A DNA stretch of 62,284 bases, counting the filler. It is 9 parts of 9 records of this genome, joined end to end, with 100 filler letters (N's around TTAATTAATTAA, not from the genome) between each part and the next. Parts side by side here need not be neighbours in the genome. Positions count along the whole stretch, not along the records: positions 1 to 5,066 come from SRR31156797_37272; positions 5,167 to 13,416 come from SRR31156797_37283; 7 more parts are not named here. One strand, given 5' to 3'. Both the position numbers and the translations under genes were made by a program. Below the pieces are notes generated by a model. That model saw only the letters and a list, made by a program, of their open reading frames with translations. It had not been told where the DNA came from and did no database searches. Numbering within the stretch: position 1 is the stretch's first letter; every line of letters begins with the position of its first letter. Positions 1 through 9,752 of the stretch are shown here, in pieces.

Positions 1-728
1 TGGCACAACTGAAATACATTCTTCCTCGACTTGTTTCAAAAAACACGGCCATGTCAAGACTCACCGGAGGCATCGGAGGAAGGGGGCCTGGTGAAACCCG
101 TCTTGAGATTAACCGCAGACGGGCAAGAGACCGGATCAAACGGCTCGAAAAAGAGGTCTCCAACGTTCAGAAAAGCCGTGGGCAGCAGCGGAGCCGAAGA
201 GACAAAAAAGGACTGCCGATCATCTCCATCATCGGCTACACCAACGCGGGAAAATCAACACTGCTCAACCAGTTGACCCAAAGCCGTGTTTTGGCTGAAA
301 ACAAGCTTTTCGCAACATTGGATCCGTCAAGCAGGAGACTGCGGTTTCCCCAGGACATCGAGGTCATTATCACCGATACGGTCGGCTTCATCCGGGATCT
401 ACCCAAAGAATTGATGGCGGCATTCAAGGCAACCCTGGAAGAGCTGGAAAGCGCTGATTTGCTGCTGCATGTCATCGATGTGAGCAATCCGCGCCATCCG
501 GATCAAATTCACTCCGTAGAAAAGATCCTCGATGAACTGCAACTCAATCAAATCCCAACGCTACGCGTACTCAACAAACTCGACCGAATCAGGGAAGATG
601 AACGCGATACGGTGGAACAACGCCTCGACGGCGTTGCGGTCAGCGCGCTGACCCGGTCTTCCTTAAAACCCCTATCGCGAATGATGCAAGCACAGGTGGA
701 ACACCTTTTTCGCAACACCCGCAGGTAA
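1..728 (+). CDS. hflX: GTPase HflX (5'-truncated by window start)
   Basis: The frame is open from the window start ([10 protein letters not shown]...[18 protein letters not shown]) and contains G1 [15 protein letters not shown]3 DTVGF and G4 NKLD. Confidence 0.97.
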   Translation, partial: AQLKYILPRLVSKNTAMSRLTGGIGGRGPGETRLEINRRRARDRIKRLEKEVSNVQKSRGQQRSRRDKKGLPIISIIGYTNAGKSTLLNQLTQSRVLAENKLFATLDPSSRRLRFPQDIEVIITDTVGFIRDLPKELMAAFKATLEELESADLLLHVIDVSNPRHPDQIHSVEKILDELQLNQIPTLRVLNKLDRIREDERDTVEQRLDGVAVSALTRSSLKPLSRMMQAQVEHLFRNTRR

Positions 729-1260
729 CGCCTTCCAACGAAAAACTTTCTATGAGATCAGCCCCCTATAGGGCCGAACGAATATCTACGGCCTTCATTT
801 AGTGTTCAGATCCAAGAAGGATGTTACAAACCATCTGCCGTTTACACCGGTCCGAACGCGACATTCTCATCATGTTGATGTCACTGCCTCTTGATTCTGC
901 CATAAAATGCCATACAATAGGGATGAATCAATCAATTTTTGCGGAATCGTGGTGTGTTTGGATATTCCGTAGGACTTTTTCAGTCTCACCAACAAGGAAA
1001 TCTATTTCCTGGTTGCCAATTAAAAATTTTAATCGTTTGTTTGGCCCTGAATAGCAAACGACCCATTTTCTGGATAGATAAAGGTAGACCTTCAAACCCG
1101 TATGTCTAACTGCTGTCCTGTTCGATTTTCGCTGAGTCTGCGCTGTTTCATTTCACGTCACCATTAATTTCAATCGACATACGGCTTTCTTGTTCAAGTG
1201 CTGTTACGTCTTCAGCTTGGTCCGTTTAAAATCACCGAATAACTAAAGCCATTGAGGTGT

Positions 1261-1277
1261 TTGGCCTGTACCCTGCC
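1261..1277 (+). promoter_or_regulatory. Putative sigma-54 (-24/-12) promoter of the eCIS operon
   Basis: TTGGCCTGTACCCTGC has exact GG-N10-GC spacing (GG 1263-1264, GC 1275-1276), about 65 nt upstream of the AGGAGG-preceded ATG at 1340. Confidence 0.55.
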
Positions 1278-1339
1278 TGAAGACCTCGTATGGATTCACA
1301 TCAATCAAGGTTGGAGGTTCATGAACAGGAGGCCAAATT

Positions 1340-1711
1340 ATGAGTCATTCAATTCAGTTTAACTTTGTCGCCAGTGTCAGTGGTGGACCAACCATTTCGG
1401 GAAGCTGTGACATGGGTGCAGCGGTCTACAGCATGATGAATGTGACCGTCCCTGCCGGAGGATCAGCAGAGCTGGACACATCACCGAGTGCGAAAGGCAA
1501 GCTGCTGATCGTCACGGCAGACAGTTATGAGGGGATCACCTATACCGTTACGGGGGGAGTTACCGCCACACTCGATGCCCCCCATCTTTTGCTGGGCTCC
1601 GGTGCAGTAGGATTGCTCAACAGCGGAAATCCCGTTGAAACGATCACATTCAACAGTACCGCAACCGAGGACGTTGACATTACTCTCATGCTCGGTCGTG
1701 ATGCATCCTAA
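1340..1711 (+). CDS. Hypothetical beta-rich protein, first gene of the contractile injection system operon
   Basis: 123-aa ORF with strong SD (AGGAGG), co-oriented directly upstream of the sheath gene. Confidence 0.8.
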   Translation: MSHSIQFNFVASVSGGPTISGSCDMGAAVYSMMNVTVPAGGSAELDTSPSAKGKLLIVTADSYEGITYTVTGGVTATLDAPHLLLGSGAVGLLNSGNPVETITFNSTATEDVDITLMLGRDAS

Positions 1712-1778
1712 AAGATCGCCGCGCCTCATTCTTTTTCTGATGAGTGTCCGGTAATGTGAAACTCAAAGGAGAATTTAA

Positions 1779-3317
1779 ATGCCAGTTACCACTACTTATC
1801 CCGGGGTTTATATCGAAGAGCTTCCCAGTGGTGTACGTACAATTGTCGGCGTAGCCACTTCGATAACAGCGTTTATTGGCCGGGCCAAAAAAGGACCGGT
1901 ACATCATCCGGTCAGAATAGCCAGTTTTGGTGATTATGACCGGGTTTTTGGTGGTTTATGGAGTGAAAGTTCCATGAGCCATGCAGTTCGCCATTTTTTT
2001 CAAAACGGAGGAACCAACGCCATTATTGTTCGTGTGGAAAACGGCAGTTTGACGGCAAACGTCACGACCGGAGGATTCCAGCTCGAAACAGCGTGGAAAA
2101 ATCTCGATAATCCGGGGGATTGGGGGAACTACCTATCCGCCGAGGTTGACACCGATGCCGCCAGCAGTGAGGTATTTAACCTGATTTTACGCCTCCACGA
2201 AGAAACGAACACCACAAGCACCGTTGTGGCAACGGAGACCTTCCGGAATCTTTCAACCGACGCAACCTCCCCACGCTTTATCGTCACCGTTCTCCAGCAG
2301 GAATCATACCTGGCCCGCATCACCGATGGAACGCCCTTACCCGGAACCTTGATTGATGACGGACCGGCGATGTTTACCGGCGGCGACGAGGGTGTCGCCA
2401 TTACCGATACAGAAATTCAGGGTGACCCGTCAAACAAAGAGGGATTGTACGCCCTTGAAGATGCAGATCTGTTCAACCTGCTCTACATCCCTCCACTTTC
2501 AGCAGGCACGCTACCGGATCCAACGGCCACCCTCGGCCCTGCGTTGGACTATTGCCAGAAGCGACGGGCGATGCTCCTCCTGGACCCCCCGACAACTTGG
2601 GTAGACATCGCTTCCGCGGAAAGCGGCGTCAGCGCCCTGATGAGCAGTGTCGGCGGTGCAGGGCTGGCCATTAACAGCATGGCCTATTTCCCGAATCTGC
2701 GGATGCCGGATCCACTGCAAGAAAACCGTTTGACCAGCTTTCCACCGGGCGGGGCCGTGGCCGGGCTGATTGCCCGCACGGACGCCAATCGAGGCATTTG
2801 GAAAGCCCCTGCCGGGATCGAGGCCTCGTTTGTCGGCGTGGGTGAAATGTCGATTCGAATGACGGATCCGGAAAACGGCCGGCTCAACCCTCTGGGCCTC
2901 AACTGTTTGCGGACGATACCACCCTATGGCCACATTTCCTGGGGGGCGCGCACCCTGGCCGGCGATGACCGCATCGCCTCGGAGTGGAAGTACATCCCGG
3001 TCCGACGCACCGCGCTCTACATCGAAGAGAGCCTTTATCGAGGTTTGCACTGGGTCGTTTTCGAACCCAACGATGAATCGCTGTGGGCCCAAATACGCCT
3101 CAACGTTGGGGCGTTTATGAAAAACATGTTCCGCCAGGGCGCATTTCAAGGCACAGCGGCCCGTGAGGCCTATCTCGTCAAATGTGACACCGAAACCAAT
3201 CCGCAAGATCAAATTGATCGGGGTATTGTCACTGTTTACGTCGGCTTCGCGCCACTTAAACCGGCCGAGTTCGTCATTATTCAAATTCAGCAGCTCGCTG
3301 GTCAGCTGGAGGTTTAG
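1779..3317 (+). CDS. Contractile tail sheath protein (eCIS/Afp/PVC-type)
   Basis: N-terminal TYPGVYIEE...TAFIGRAKKGP; C-terminal RGIWKAPAG, WGARTL, WKYIPVRR, WVVFEPN, FAPLKPAEF. Confidence 0.95.
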   Translation: MPVTTTYPGVYIEELPSGVRTIVGVATSITAFIGRAKKGPVHHPVRIASFGDYDRVFGGLWSESSMSHAVRHFFQNGGTNAIIVRVENGSLTANVTTGGFQLETAWKNLDNPGDWGNYLSAEVDTDAASSEVFNLILRLHEETNTTSTVVATETFRNLSTDATSPRFIVTVLQQESYLARITDGTPLPGTLIDDGPAMFTGGDEGVAITDTEIQGDPSNKEGLYALEDADLFNLLYIPPLSAGTLPDPTATLGPALDYCQKRRAMLLLDPPTTWVDIASAESGVSALMSSVGGAGLAINSMAYFPNLRMPDPLQENRLTSFPPGGAVAGLIARTDANRGIWKAPAGIEASFVGVGEMSIRMTDPENGRLNPLGLNCLRTIPPYGHISWGARTLAGDDRIASEWKYIPVRRTALYIEESLYRGLHWVVFEPNDESLWAQIRLNVGAFMKNMFRQGAFQGTAAREAYLVKCDTETNPQDQIDRGIVTVYVGFAPLKPAEFVIIQIQQLAGQLEV

Positions 3318-3319
3318 AC

Positions 3320-3844
3320 ATGGCACAATTTACCGTAAATGCACAGCGATTCGATCCGTACAAGAATTTCAAATTCCGCGTCAAATGGGATGGCCGGTAC
3401 GTGGCGGGCATCAGCAAGGTAGGGGCCCTCAAACGCACAACCGAGGTTGTGGAACACCGCGAGGGCGGAGACCCTAGCTCTGTGCGCAAATCACCCGGTC
3501 AAACCAAATACGAAGCCATTACGTTCGAACGCGGCGTGACCCACGACAAAGACTTTGAACAGTGGGCCAATAAAGTGTGGAATTTCGGATCCGGCCTGGG
3601 GTCGGAGGTTTCCCTGGCCGACTTCCGCAAAGATCTGATCATCGAGATGTACAACGAGGCCGGACAGTTGGTCAAAGCCTACCAGGTGTTCCGCTGCTGG
3701 GTGTCCGAGTACCAGGCGCTGCCGGAACTCGATGCCAGCGCCAATGCAGTGGCCATTGAGATGATGAAACTCGAAAACGAAGGGTGGGAACGGGATTACG
3801 ACGTTGTTGAACCCGGCGAAGCGTCGTTTACCGAACCGGCTTGA
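3320..3844 (+). CDS. Tail tube protein (T4 gp19-like, eCIS-type)
   Basis: DPYKNFKFRV, EHREGG, KYEAITFERG and CWVSEY motifs; starts 2 nt after the sheath stop. Confidence 0.95.
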   Translation: MAQFTVNAQRFDPYKNFKFRVKWDGRYVAGISKVGALKRTTEVVEHREGGDPSSVRKSPGQTKYEAITFERGVTHDKDFEQWANKVWNFGSGLGSEVSLADFRKDLIIEMYNEAGQLVKAYQVFRCWVSEYQALPELDASANAVAIEMMKLENEGWERDYDVVEPGEASFTEPA

Positions 3845-3876
3845 TTGACGGAAACGTTGAGGCGTGAGGTCAGCTG

Positions 3877-4575
3877 ATGATGAATGCTGCAAAACTGCTT
3901 GAAATTTGGGAAGCGGGGCATACAGCCGCACCGGTGGAACGTATTTTTATGCTCCTGGCGGCCGGCTATCCGGAGATTTCACCGACCCGGATCGGCCGCC
4001 TGACACTGGGGGAAAAAGAGGCCCGTCTTCTCCTCCTTCGAGAACAGTTGTTCGGTGCAACAGTGGAGTGCGTCGTTGACTGCCGCCGCTGCGGGGAGCG
4101 TCTGGAGTTTGATTTTTCGGCGGCGGATATCAGCGCGGTGGACTACCGTCCAAATCGCGGACCGATGGATGACGGCCGGGGGCTGACCGTGAGGCCCCTG
4201 ACCCTCGATGATTTGCGATTGGCCGCTGGGAGTGGCCGGTTTCTCTTGGACCGCGCCCTTGGTCAGTCCGATCGGCGAAAAGATCCGCTTGTCTCCGATG
4301 CGCTTTCGTCGGATGCGGTCAGCCGGGTAACCGCATTGCTGCAGGAGCTAGACCCGCTGATGAATATCCATCTCGATCTGCTCTGCCCCGGGTGCAGCGC
4401 GCGCTGGTCGGCCCCCTTCGAAGCGATTTCGTATGTATGGACGGAAATTGAGCACTGGGGAGCGCACATCCTGCGAATGGTACATCGTCTGGCTACGGCC
4501 TATGGCTGGTCCGAGCGGGACATATTGGCAATGAGCCCCAGACGGAGGCAGCAATACGCGGAGATGATCCCATGA
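3877..4575 (+). CDS. eCIS baseplate/assembly protein (T4 gp26-like) with two CxxC motifs
   Basis: CRRC and CPGC motifs; C-terminal VHRLATAYGWSERDILAMSPRRRQQY; follows the tube gene. Confidence 0.8.
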   Translation: MMNAAKLLEIWEAGHTAAPVERIFMLLAAGYPEISPTRIGRLTLGEKEARLLLLREQLFGATVECVVDCRRCGERLEFDFSAADISAVDYRPNRGPMDDGRGLTVRPLTLDDLRLAAGSGRFLLDRALGQSDRRKDPLVSDALSSDAVSRVTALLQELDPLMNIHLDLLCPGCSARWSAPFEAISYVWTEIEHWGAHILRMVHRLATAYGWSERDILAMSPRRRQQYAEMIP

Positions 4576-5066
4576 ACATGGACTTTTTCAATCGCCTGGC
4601 GGCGGCGGCCGTCAAACCCGGTGGGAGCATCCGACCACGAAGGATGAGCCGTTTCGAAAACCCTGCCGAAAACCCGACAGAGGAAGAAATCAACCCGTCT
4701 GAAGACCTGTCGGAAACCCATGCACCAACGGTGACAGAGCCCCATGCGCCGGCTCCGGATCCGTCACGGTTTCCGCCCACGTTTGAAACCATCGAAAACC
4801 GGGAGGAAAAGGGCAACACCGGTCAATCCATGAAAACGGAAAGGAACGCAAGGCGGACGGCAGCGTCCATCCCCCCGAGTGCCGATCCATTGCCACAGCA
4901 GCCGAGACCTGCCGAAAGGATGGATCAAAGCGTTTTTTGGGAACAGCGGGAAGCGGATCTGCCTGAAAAAAGTCTGCCTGTGGTCGACATCGGCCCGCCC
5001 CCCCGGCAAAAGAACCGGCAGGAACGGGAAGGTGAAGTCGCCGACCGGCCGCTGCAAACCATCCGA
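4572..5066 (+). CDS. Pro/Glu-rich low-complexity eCIS-associated hypothetical protein (3'-truncated)
   Basis: ATGA overlap with the previous gene; frame open to the contig end. Confidence 0.65.
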
Positions 5067-5166
5067 NNNNNNNNNNNNNNNNNNNNNNNNNNNNNNNNNN
5101 NNNNNNNNNNTTAATTAATTAANNNNNNNNNNNNNNNNNNNNNNNNNNNNNNNNNNNNNNNNNNNN
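5067..5166. other. Artificial contig linker
   Basis: N44-TTAATTAATTAA-N44. Confidence 0.99.
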
Positions 5167-5349
5167 ATATATCACACACCAGATATCTGTCAAGGGGATT
5201 TTATCTCTTGGGTGTTTCTGGCATCTGGAATGGTATGAGAGTTGTAACAACGTGTTGGGGCGTTATTTTATGCAATGCGGAGCGCGAGGTGTGGGCGATG
5301 TCAAGGCTGACCAAGAAGAGTTTCTTTTATGATATACTGAATTTACTTG

Positions 5350-5468
5350 GAAGGGGGGAGGTTACCCTGCTGAGAGGAGGGAAGCAGGGTAACCTTTTGG
5401 GAGATAACTACATTGTGTGAAGTGGAGGTCATTTTCGCCAAGGGGGTAGGTGCGGAAATGACCTTGTA
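5350..5468 (-). ncRNA. Candidate sigma-54-dependent small RNA with two hairpins and C-rich loops
   Basis: Stems at 5426-5438/5452-5464 and a perfect 13-bp stem at 5359-5371/5383-5395. The predicted TSS (~5468) lies just 5' of the first stem. No convincing ORF. Confidence 0.5.
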
Positions 5469-5478
5469 ATTATGTATA

Positions 5479-5495
5479 TGCATAAGGTGTGCCAA
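5479..5495 (-). promoter_or_regulatory. Sigma-54 promoter
   Basis: Minus strand reads TTGGCACACCTTATGCA, a near-consensus TGGCAC-N5-(T/A)TGCA. Confidence 0.75.
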
Positions 5496-5965
5496 GGGGG
5501 AAAAGATGTGGTTTCTTGGCTATCCTCAAGTGGTGAGAGTTTTTGCGGCGGTATTTTGAGGTCGAAGAGTTTGGGCCTGGTGTGAACTAATCGACAAAAT
5601 TGTATCTGTAATGTCTGTTAAACTACGTTATTGGTAACTATTCAGCAGCACCTCACAGAGGCTGCGCTTACGTCGCCGCACAATCAGACAGGAAAACAAA
5701 GCATACTATTGATATCCAGCCTGCTTTTGCGCATCTGGAGCACGGCTGAACAGGTGCAACTCGAGGCTAAGCCGAGGTTTTTGTATTCGCTGAATGGTTA
5801 CCGTTATTGTAACATTACTTGAAGAACGCTTTTTGCAGAACTTCGGGTGTAGGTACTTCTTTGGTGATGGTTTCTTGATTAGTGAGCTGTGGCAGGTATA
5901 ATGCTTTTATTAGAATGGAGTATGGAGATGTAAAATTACTGTCTCTTTAATATCTTTTTTTAAGA

Positions 5966-6349
5966 GTGAGGTGGAGCGTGTCGTTGGGTACAATCACAGA
6001 TGGTTTTATGGAAACCATAGATTCTATTTTTGAAAAAATCGGAGTTTTGCTGGAAAAAACTCACTTGCCGGAGCAGGTAAGTGAAGTCGATTTTTCAGGC
6101 TTGTTCACCAACCCCTGGTTTTTTGTCCCGTTTATCGCATTGGTCGCTTATATGCTCTATAAGCAGTCATTCCGTGATTTGACGATCATGGCCTTGCTGA
6201 TGGGGGTTTGGTATGCATCGGGAACCGAGTATATGCAGACCTTGGTCGTTGGAGAGGATCTGCAGGTGAGCAAAGTTCTGCCAGTGTTATTTGGAGCTGC
6301 AGGAGTACTAGGCTTTATTATTTATCTTTTGTTTGGTCGCTCCGACTGA
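5966..6349 (+). CDS. Hypothetical membrane protein (true start may be the downstream Met of METIDS)
   Basis: Three hydrophobic segments; a TTGATT-16-TATAAT promoter-like element lies at 5875-5902. Confidence 0.75.
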   Translation: MRWSVSLGTITDGFMETIDSIFEKIGVLLEKTHLPEQVSEVDFSGLFTNPWFFVPFIALVAYMLYKQSFRDLTIMALLMGVWYASGTEYMQTLVVGEDLQVSKVLPVLFGAAGVLGFIIYLLFGRSD

Positions 6350-6394
6350 ACGTTTCAAGTAGATGCAAAGAAAAACCTTTATCCTTTTGGTGAC

Positions 6395-7480
6395 GTGACA
6401 AGGGCTATGAAGTACCGCGACGCAATATTTGTAATTTCCGAAGAATTATCCTGCCCTATTTACAATGTAGGAGAGGAATTTAAAGTTGAAGACATGGCCC
6501 TGACGGTCCCTGAAGCAAAACCCGCCTGTCTGCTGTTGGTGCAGGAGGTGCTGAAGATTGTTTCCAATCAGCAGAGTATGGAACGATTCACTCCTCAGGG
6601 GATCAGGAAGACGAAGTTTACTTGTGGGGGGTGCACTGGCCTTATCCGTTTTGAATTTAAAAAGGAAAAAGGGTTTGCCACTCTACAGATGAAATTGTTG
6701 GCAGCAGCTGAGCAGCGGCAGCGAATGAAGCATGTAGATAAATTCTATGACCTATTGCGCAAACTAGATATCTTTGAGCCCTTGGAAGAAGATAGTCTTC
6801 GTGATCTGTCTGCCCTGTTGGAGTTGAAAGAGTATGGAGTTAATAAAATAATCCTCAAAAAAGGTGACCCCGGCACAAGCCTGTATATCGTAGTGGAAGG
6901 AAAAGTTGCCGTTGTCAATGATGATGGGCAGACTTTATCAGAGATGAACGTTGGGGATGTTTTTGGTGAAATGAGTCTTCTTTCAGGGGAGCCGGTAACC
7001 ACATCCATTCATTCCCGGGAGCGAACCAAACTTGCCACACTTTCAAGTAAGGATTTTAAGCATGTGCTTAATAAGTATCCAGTCCTGCAGGTTTTCTTTT
7101 ATCGTCTGCTGGTTGAAAGGGCCCAGGCAAACAGCCTACGCTCAGGCACCATAAGCTCAGGGATGACAGGTAAACTATCCGATATTCACCCGGTGGAGCT
7201 TTTTCAGCTTATTAATACAAGTACAAAAACCGGCAAGGTAGAGCTGCTGTTTGAAGACGGCAAAGCCACTGTCTTGTTCAACGAGGGAGAGTTGGTGCAG
7301 GCAGTACATGGTAATCTTGCAGGTAAAGAGGCTTTCTTCGCGTTGCTGGCCAAATCGGACGGTACCTTTACCTATACCTCAAGTATATCAGAGGAAGCTG
7401 CGGCGCTACCGGTGATAGGCGGTTTTATGGGCTTGGTCATGGAAGGTATGCGTCGTATTGATGAACAGAGTGAAGAGTAG
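6395..7480 (+). CDS. Cys-rich N-domain + cyclic-nucleotide-binding domain + DUF4388 (PatA_N-like) protein
   Basis: cNMP motifs KKGDPGTSLYIVVEGKV and VFGEMSLL; C-terminal GMTGKLSDIHPVELFQLI...TGKVEL...FNEGELVQA. Confidence 0.85.
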   Translation: MTRAMKYRDAIFVISEELSCPIYNVGEEFKVEDMALTVPEAKPACLLLVQEVLKIVSNQQSMERFTPQGIRKTKFTCGGCTGLIRFEFKKEKGFATLQMKLLAAAEQRQRMKHVDKFYDLLRKLDIFEPLEEDSLRDLSALLELKEYGVNKIILKKGDPGTSLYIVVEGKVAVVNDDGQTLSEMNVGDVFGEMSLLSGEPVTTSIHSRERTKLATLSSKDFKHVLNKYPVLQVFFYRLLVERAQANSLRSGTISSGMTGKLSDIHPVELFQLINTSTKTGKVELLFEDGKATVLFNEGELVQAVHGNLAGKEAFFALLAKSDGTFTYTSSISEEAAALPVIGGFMGLVMEGMRRIDEQSEE

Positions 7481-7579
7481 ATTTCTGCAACTGTCCAGCA
7501 GTTATAGGTCGAGGTAATACGAGGTTATTGGTTATTCGTTGAAGAGGTCTTTTTTGGTTCACTTTTGGTGATCCCCGAG

Positions 7580-8788
7580 TCAAACCTTGCTGAAGATGAG
7601 GCATGCGTTGGTTCCGCCAAAACCATAGCTGTTGCTCATTACATTTTTGAGAGTGATGCTGCGATTCTCAGTGAGGATATTCATTGAGGCGGCTTCAGGC
7701 TCCATCTCCTCTATATTTGCGGATCCGCATACAAAGTTATTGGTGAGCATAAGGAGTGAGTAAATTGCTTCATGCACACCTGCAGCCCCTAGTGAATGGC
7801 CTGATATTGATTTGGTGGAGCTTATCAGGGGGCTTTCTTCGCCGAAAACCGTGCTAATAGCCTTGAGCTCAACCAAATCGCCTACCGGAGTTGAGGTCCC
7901 GTGGGCATTGATGTAGTCAATAGCCGGAGAGTTTTCTCCCATGGCAAATTTAATGCACCTTACAGCACCTTCGCCGGACGGGATGACCATTTGGCTACCG
8001 TCTGCTGTTGCACCATAACCGACTATTTCGCCATAAATGCTTGCCCCTCTTTGACGAGCCCGTTCAAATTCTTCCAGAACAACAACTCCCCCTCCGTTGG
8101 CTACAACAAAACCATCCCTGTTGGTGTCGTATGGGCGTGATGCCTGCTCCGGTGTTTGATTAAATTTGGTGGTAAGGGCACCCATGGCGTCAAACATGGC
8201 TGTTTGGGACCAGTGCTCCTCGTCTGAGCCACCGGCAAAAACAATGTCCTGTTTGCCGAGTTGGATCTGCTCCATGGCTGCACCGATACAGTGCGAGCCA
8301 GTTGCACAGGCTGAAGAGATAGAGTAGCAAAGTCCCAGGATTTGGTAAGCGCTGGTAAGGCAGGCTGATACTGTACTGCTCATGGTACGAGGGACCATGA
8401 AGGGGCTCAATCGTTTAAGACCTTTTTTGCGCATGATATCTGCCGTCGCAACGACGTTTTCTGCAGAAGTTCCGCCAGATCCTATGATAAGGCCTGTCCG
8501 CGGATGTGATATCTCGTCAGTACGCAGACCAGCATCTTCGATTGCCTGTTGCATGGCGATAAAAGCATAAGCTGCCGCGTTACCCATGAAACGAAGTTGC
8601 TTTTTGTCAATGAACTGTTTGACGTCGACCGTTGTGAATCCCCCTAGCTGGGAGCGGAGGCCAAGTTCTTGATATGGCTGGTGGAAGTGAATTCCTGACT
8701 GCATTTGCTGCAGTGAGTGAAGTACCTCATCTATTGTGTTTCCCAGCGGTGAGACTATTCCAAGTCCTGTGATAACTACTCTACGCAT
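7580..8788 (-). CDS. fabB: Beta-ketoacyl-ACP synthase I
   Basis: Start [10 protein letters not shown] at 8788; [28 protein letters not shown] and [10 protein letters not shown] motifs. Confidence 0.93.
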   Translation of the reverse strand: MRRVVITGLGIVSPLGNTIDEVLHSLQQMQSGIHFHQPYQELGLRSQLGGFTTVDVKQFIDKKQLRFMGNAAAYAFIAMQQAIEDAGLRTDEISHPRTGLIIGSGGTSAENVVATADIMRKKGLKRLSPFMVPRTMSSTVSACLTSAYQILGLCYSISSACATGSHCIGAAMEQIQLGKQDIVFAGGSDEEHWSQTAMFDAMGALTTKFNQTPEQASRPYDTNRDGFVVANGGGVVVLEEFERARQRGASIYGEIVGYGATADGSQMVIPSGEGAVRCIKFAMGENSPAIDYINAHGTSTPVGDLVELKAISTVFGEESPLISSTKSISGHSLGAAGVHEAIYSLLMLTNNFVCGSANIEEMEPEAASMNILTENRSITLKNVMSNSYGFGGTNACLIFSKV

Positions 8789-9221
8789 ATTTTTCTCTTT
8801 GACGGCCTTGTCATTATACTGCTTGGTAACAATCTGCCAGGATGGAACAGTTAAAGCAAAGCCGGAGCTTGTTACCGCTTTATCCTTTTTAACAAAATGA
8901 ACGGGAATCATAGCAAAAAAACAATTTTTAGGACAAGTACTTTATGGTTATTTTTGATGAGTTACCTCTCTACTGGGTGTGTTTCGGTCAGGTGTGGTGT
9001 TTTGGTCAGGAAAAAGGTAGCGGGGGATTGCCTAATTATTTCCACTAGAAAGGGGGAATCAAGGTTGCAAATAATGAGCTGAGCATTACTGTTAATTTTA
9101 CTTGAAAGCCAGCAGCAACAGCTTCATGCGCCTGTGCTGGCAGCTTTGAGAATTGTTCGCGCAAGATAAAGAAAATGAGTTTTGTGAAAGTAGAAACAAC
9201 TACCTGGAAAAAGGAGTAAAT

Positions 9222-9728
9222 ATGCTAAAGAAAAAATTGCAGAAAGCCTTGAACGATCAGATTAATGCTGAAATGTATTCGTCTTATCTTTACCTGTCCA
9301 TGGAATCCTATTTCCAATCAATAAGTCTCGGCGGCTTTGCAAGTTGGATGCGTGGTCAGGTCCAGGAGGAATTGATGCATGGTATGAAATTTTATGATTT
9401 TGTTGTTGAGCGAGGCGGTAGGGTAACACTTGATGCCATTGCTAAACCTGAAGCGCAATGGAAGTCTCCTTTGGATGCTTTTGAAGCTATTCTCAAGCAT
9501 GAGCAGCATGTAACCAGTCTGGTTAACGATCTGGTCAATCTTGCGATCAGTGAAAAAGATCATGCTACCAATATCTTTTTGCAGTGGTTTGTGTCTGAAC
9601 AGGTGGAGGAAGAGGCAACTGTAGGTGGTATTGTTGACCGGTTGAACTTGATTAAGGATAATCCATCGGGACTTTTCATGCTTGACGCCGAGCTGGGTAA
9701 GCGGGTTTTTAATCCGGCCGGTGAATAA
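9222..9728 (+). CDS. ftnA: Non-heme ferritin
   Basis: QINAEMYSSYLY, EELMHG and LQWFVSEQVEEE ferroxidase motifs; SD AAGGAG before ATG 9222. Confidence 0.93.
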   Translation: MLKKKLQKALNDQINAEMYSSYLYLSMESYFQSISLGGFASWMRGQVQEELMHGMKFYDFVVERGGRVTLDAIAKPEAQWKSPLDAFEAILKHEQHVTSLVNDLVNLAISEKDHATNIFLQWFVSEQVEEEATVGGIVDRLNLIKDNPSGLFMLDAELGKRVFNPAGE

Positions 9729-9752
9729 CGACAACAGAGGCAACTGGAAAAG

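Noticed and set aside
821-1054. 77-aa ORF between hflX and the eCIS operon
   Set aside because: Atypical composition and no motifs; probably part of the regulatory region.
2511-3326. 271-aa minus-strand ORF
   Set aside because: Antisense shadow of the GC-rich sheath gene with no recognisable motifs. The same applies to most short overlapping ORFs in the track.
5208-5822. Short ORFs 5208-5420 and 5631-5822
   Set aside because: TTG starts, no clear SD and no family features; the region is better explained as regulatory/sRNA sequence.
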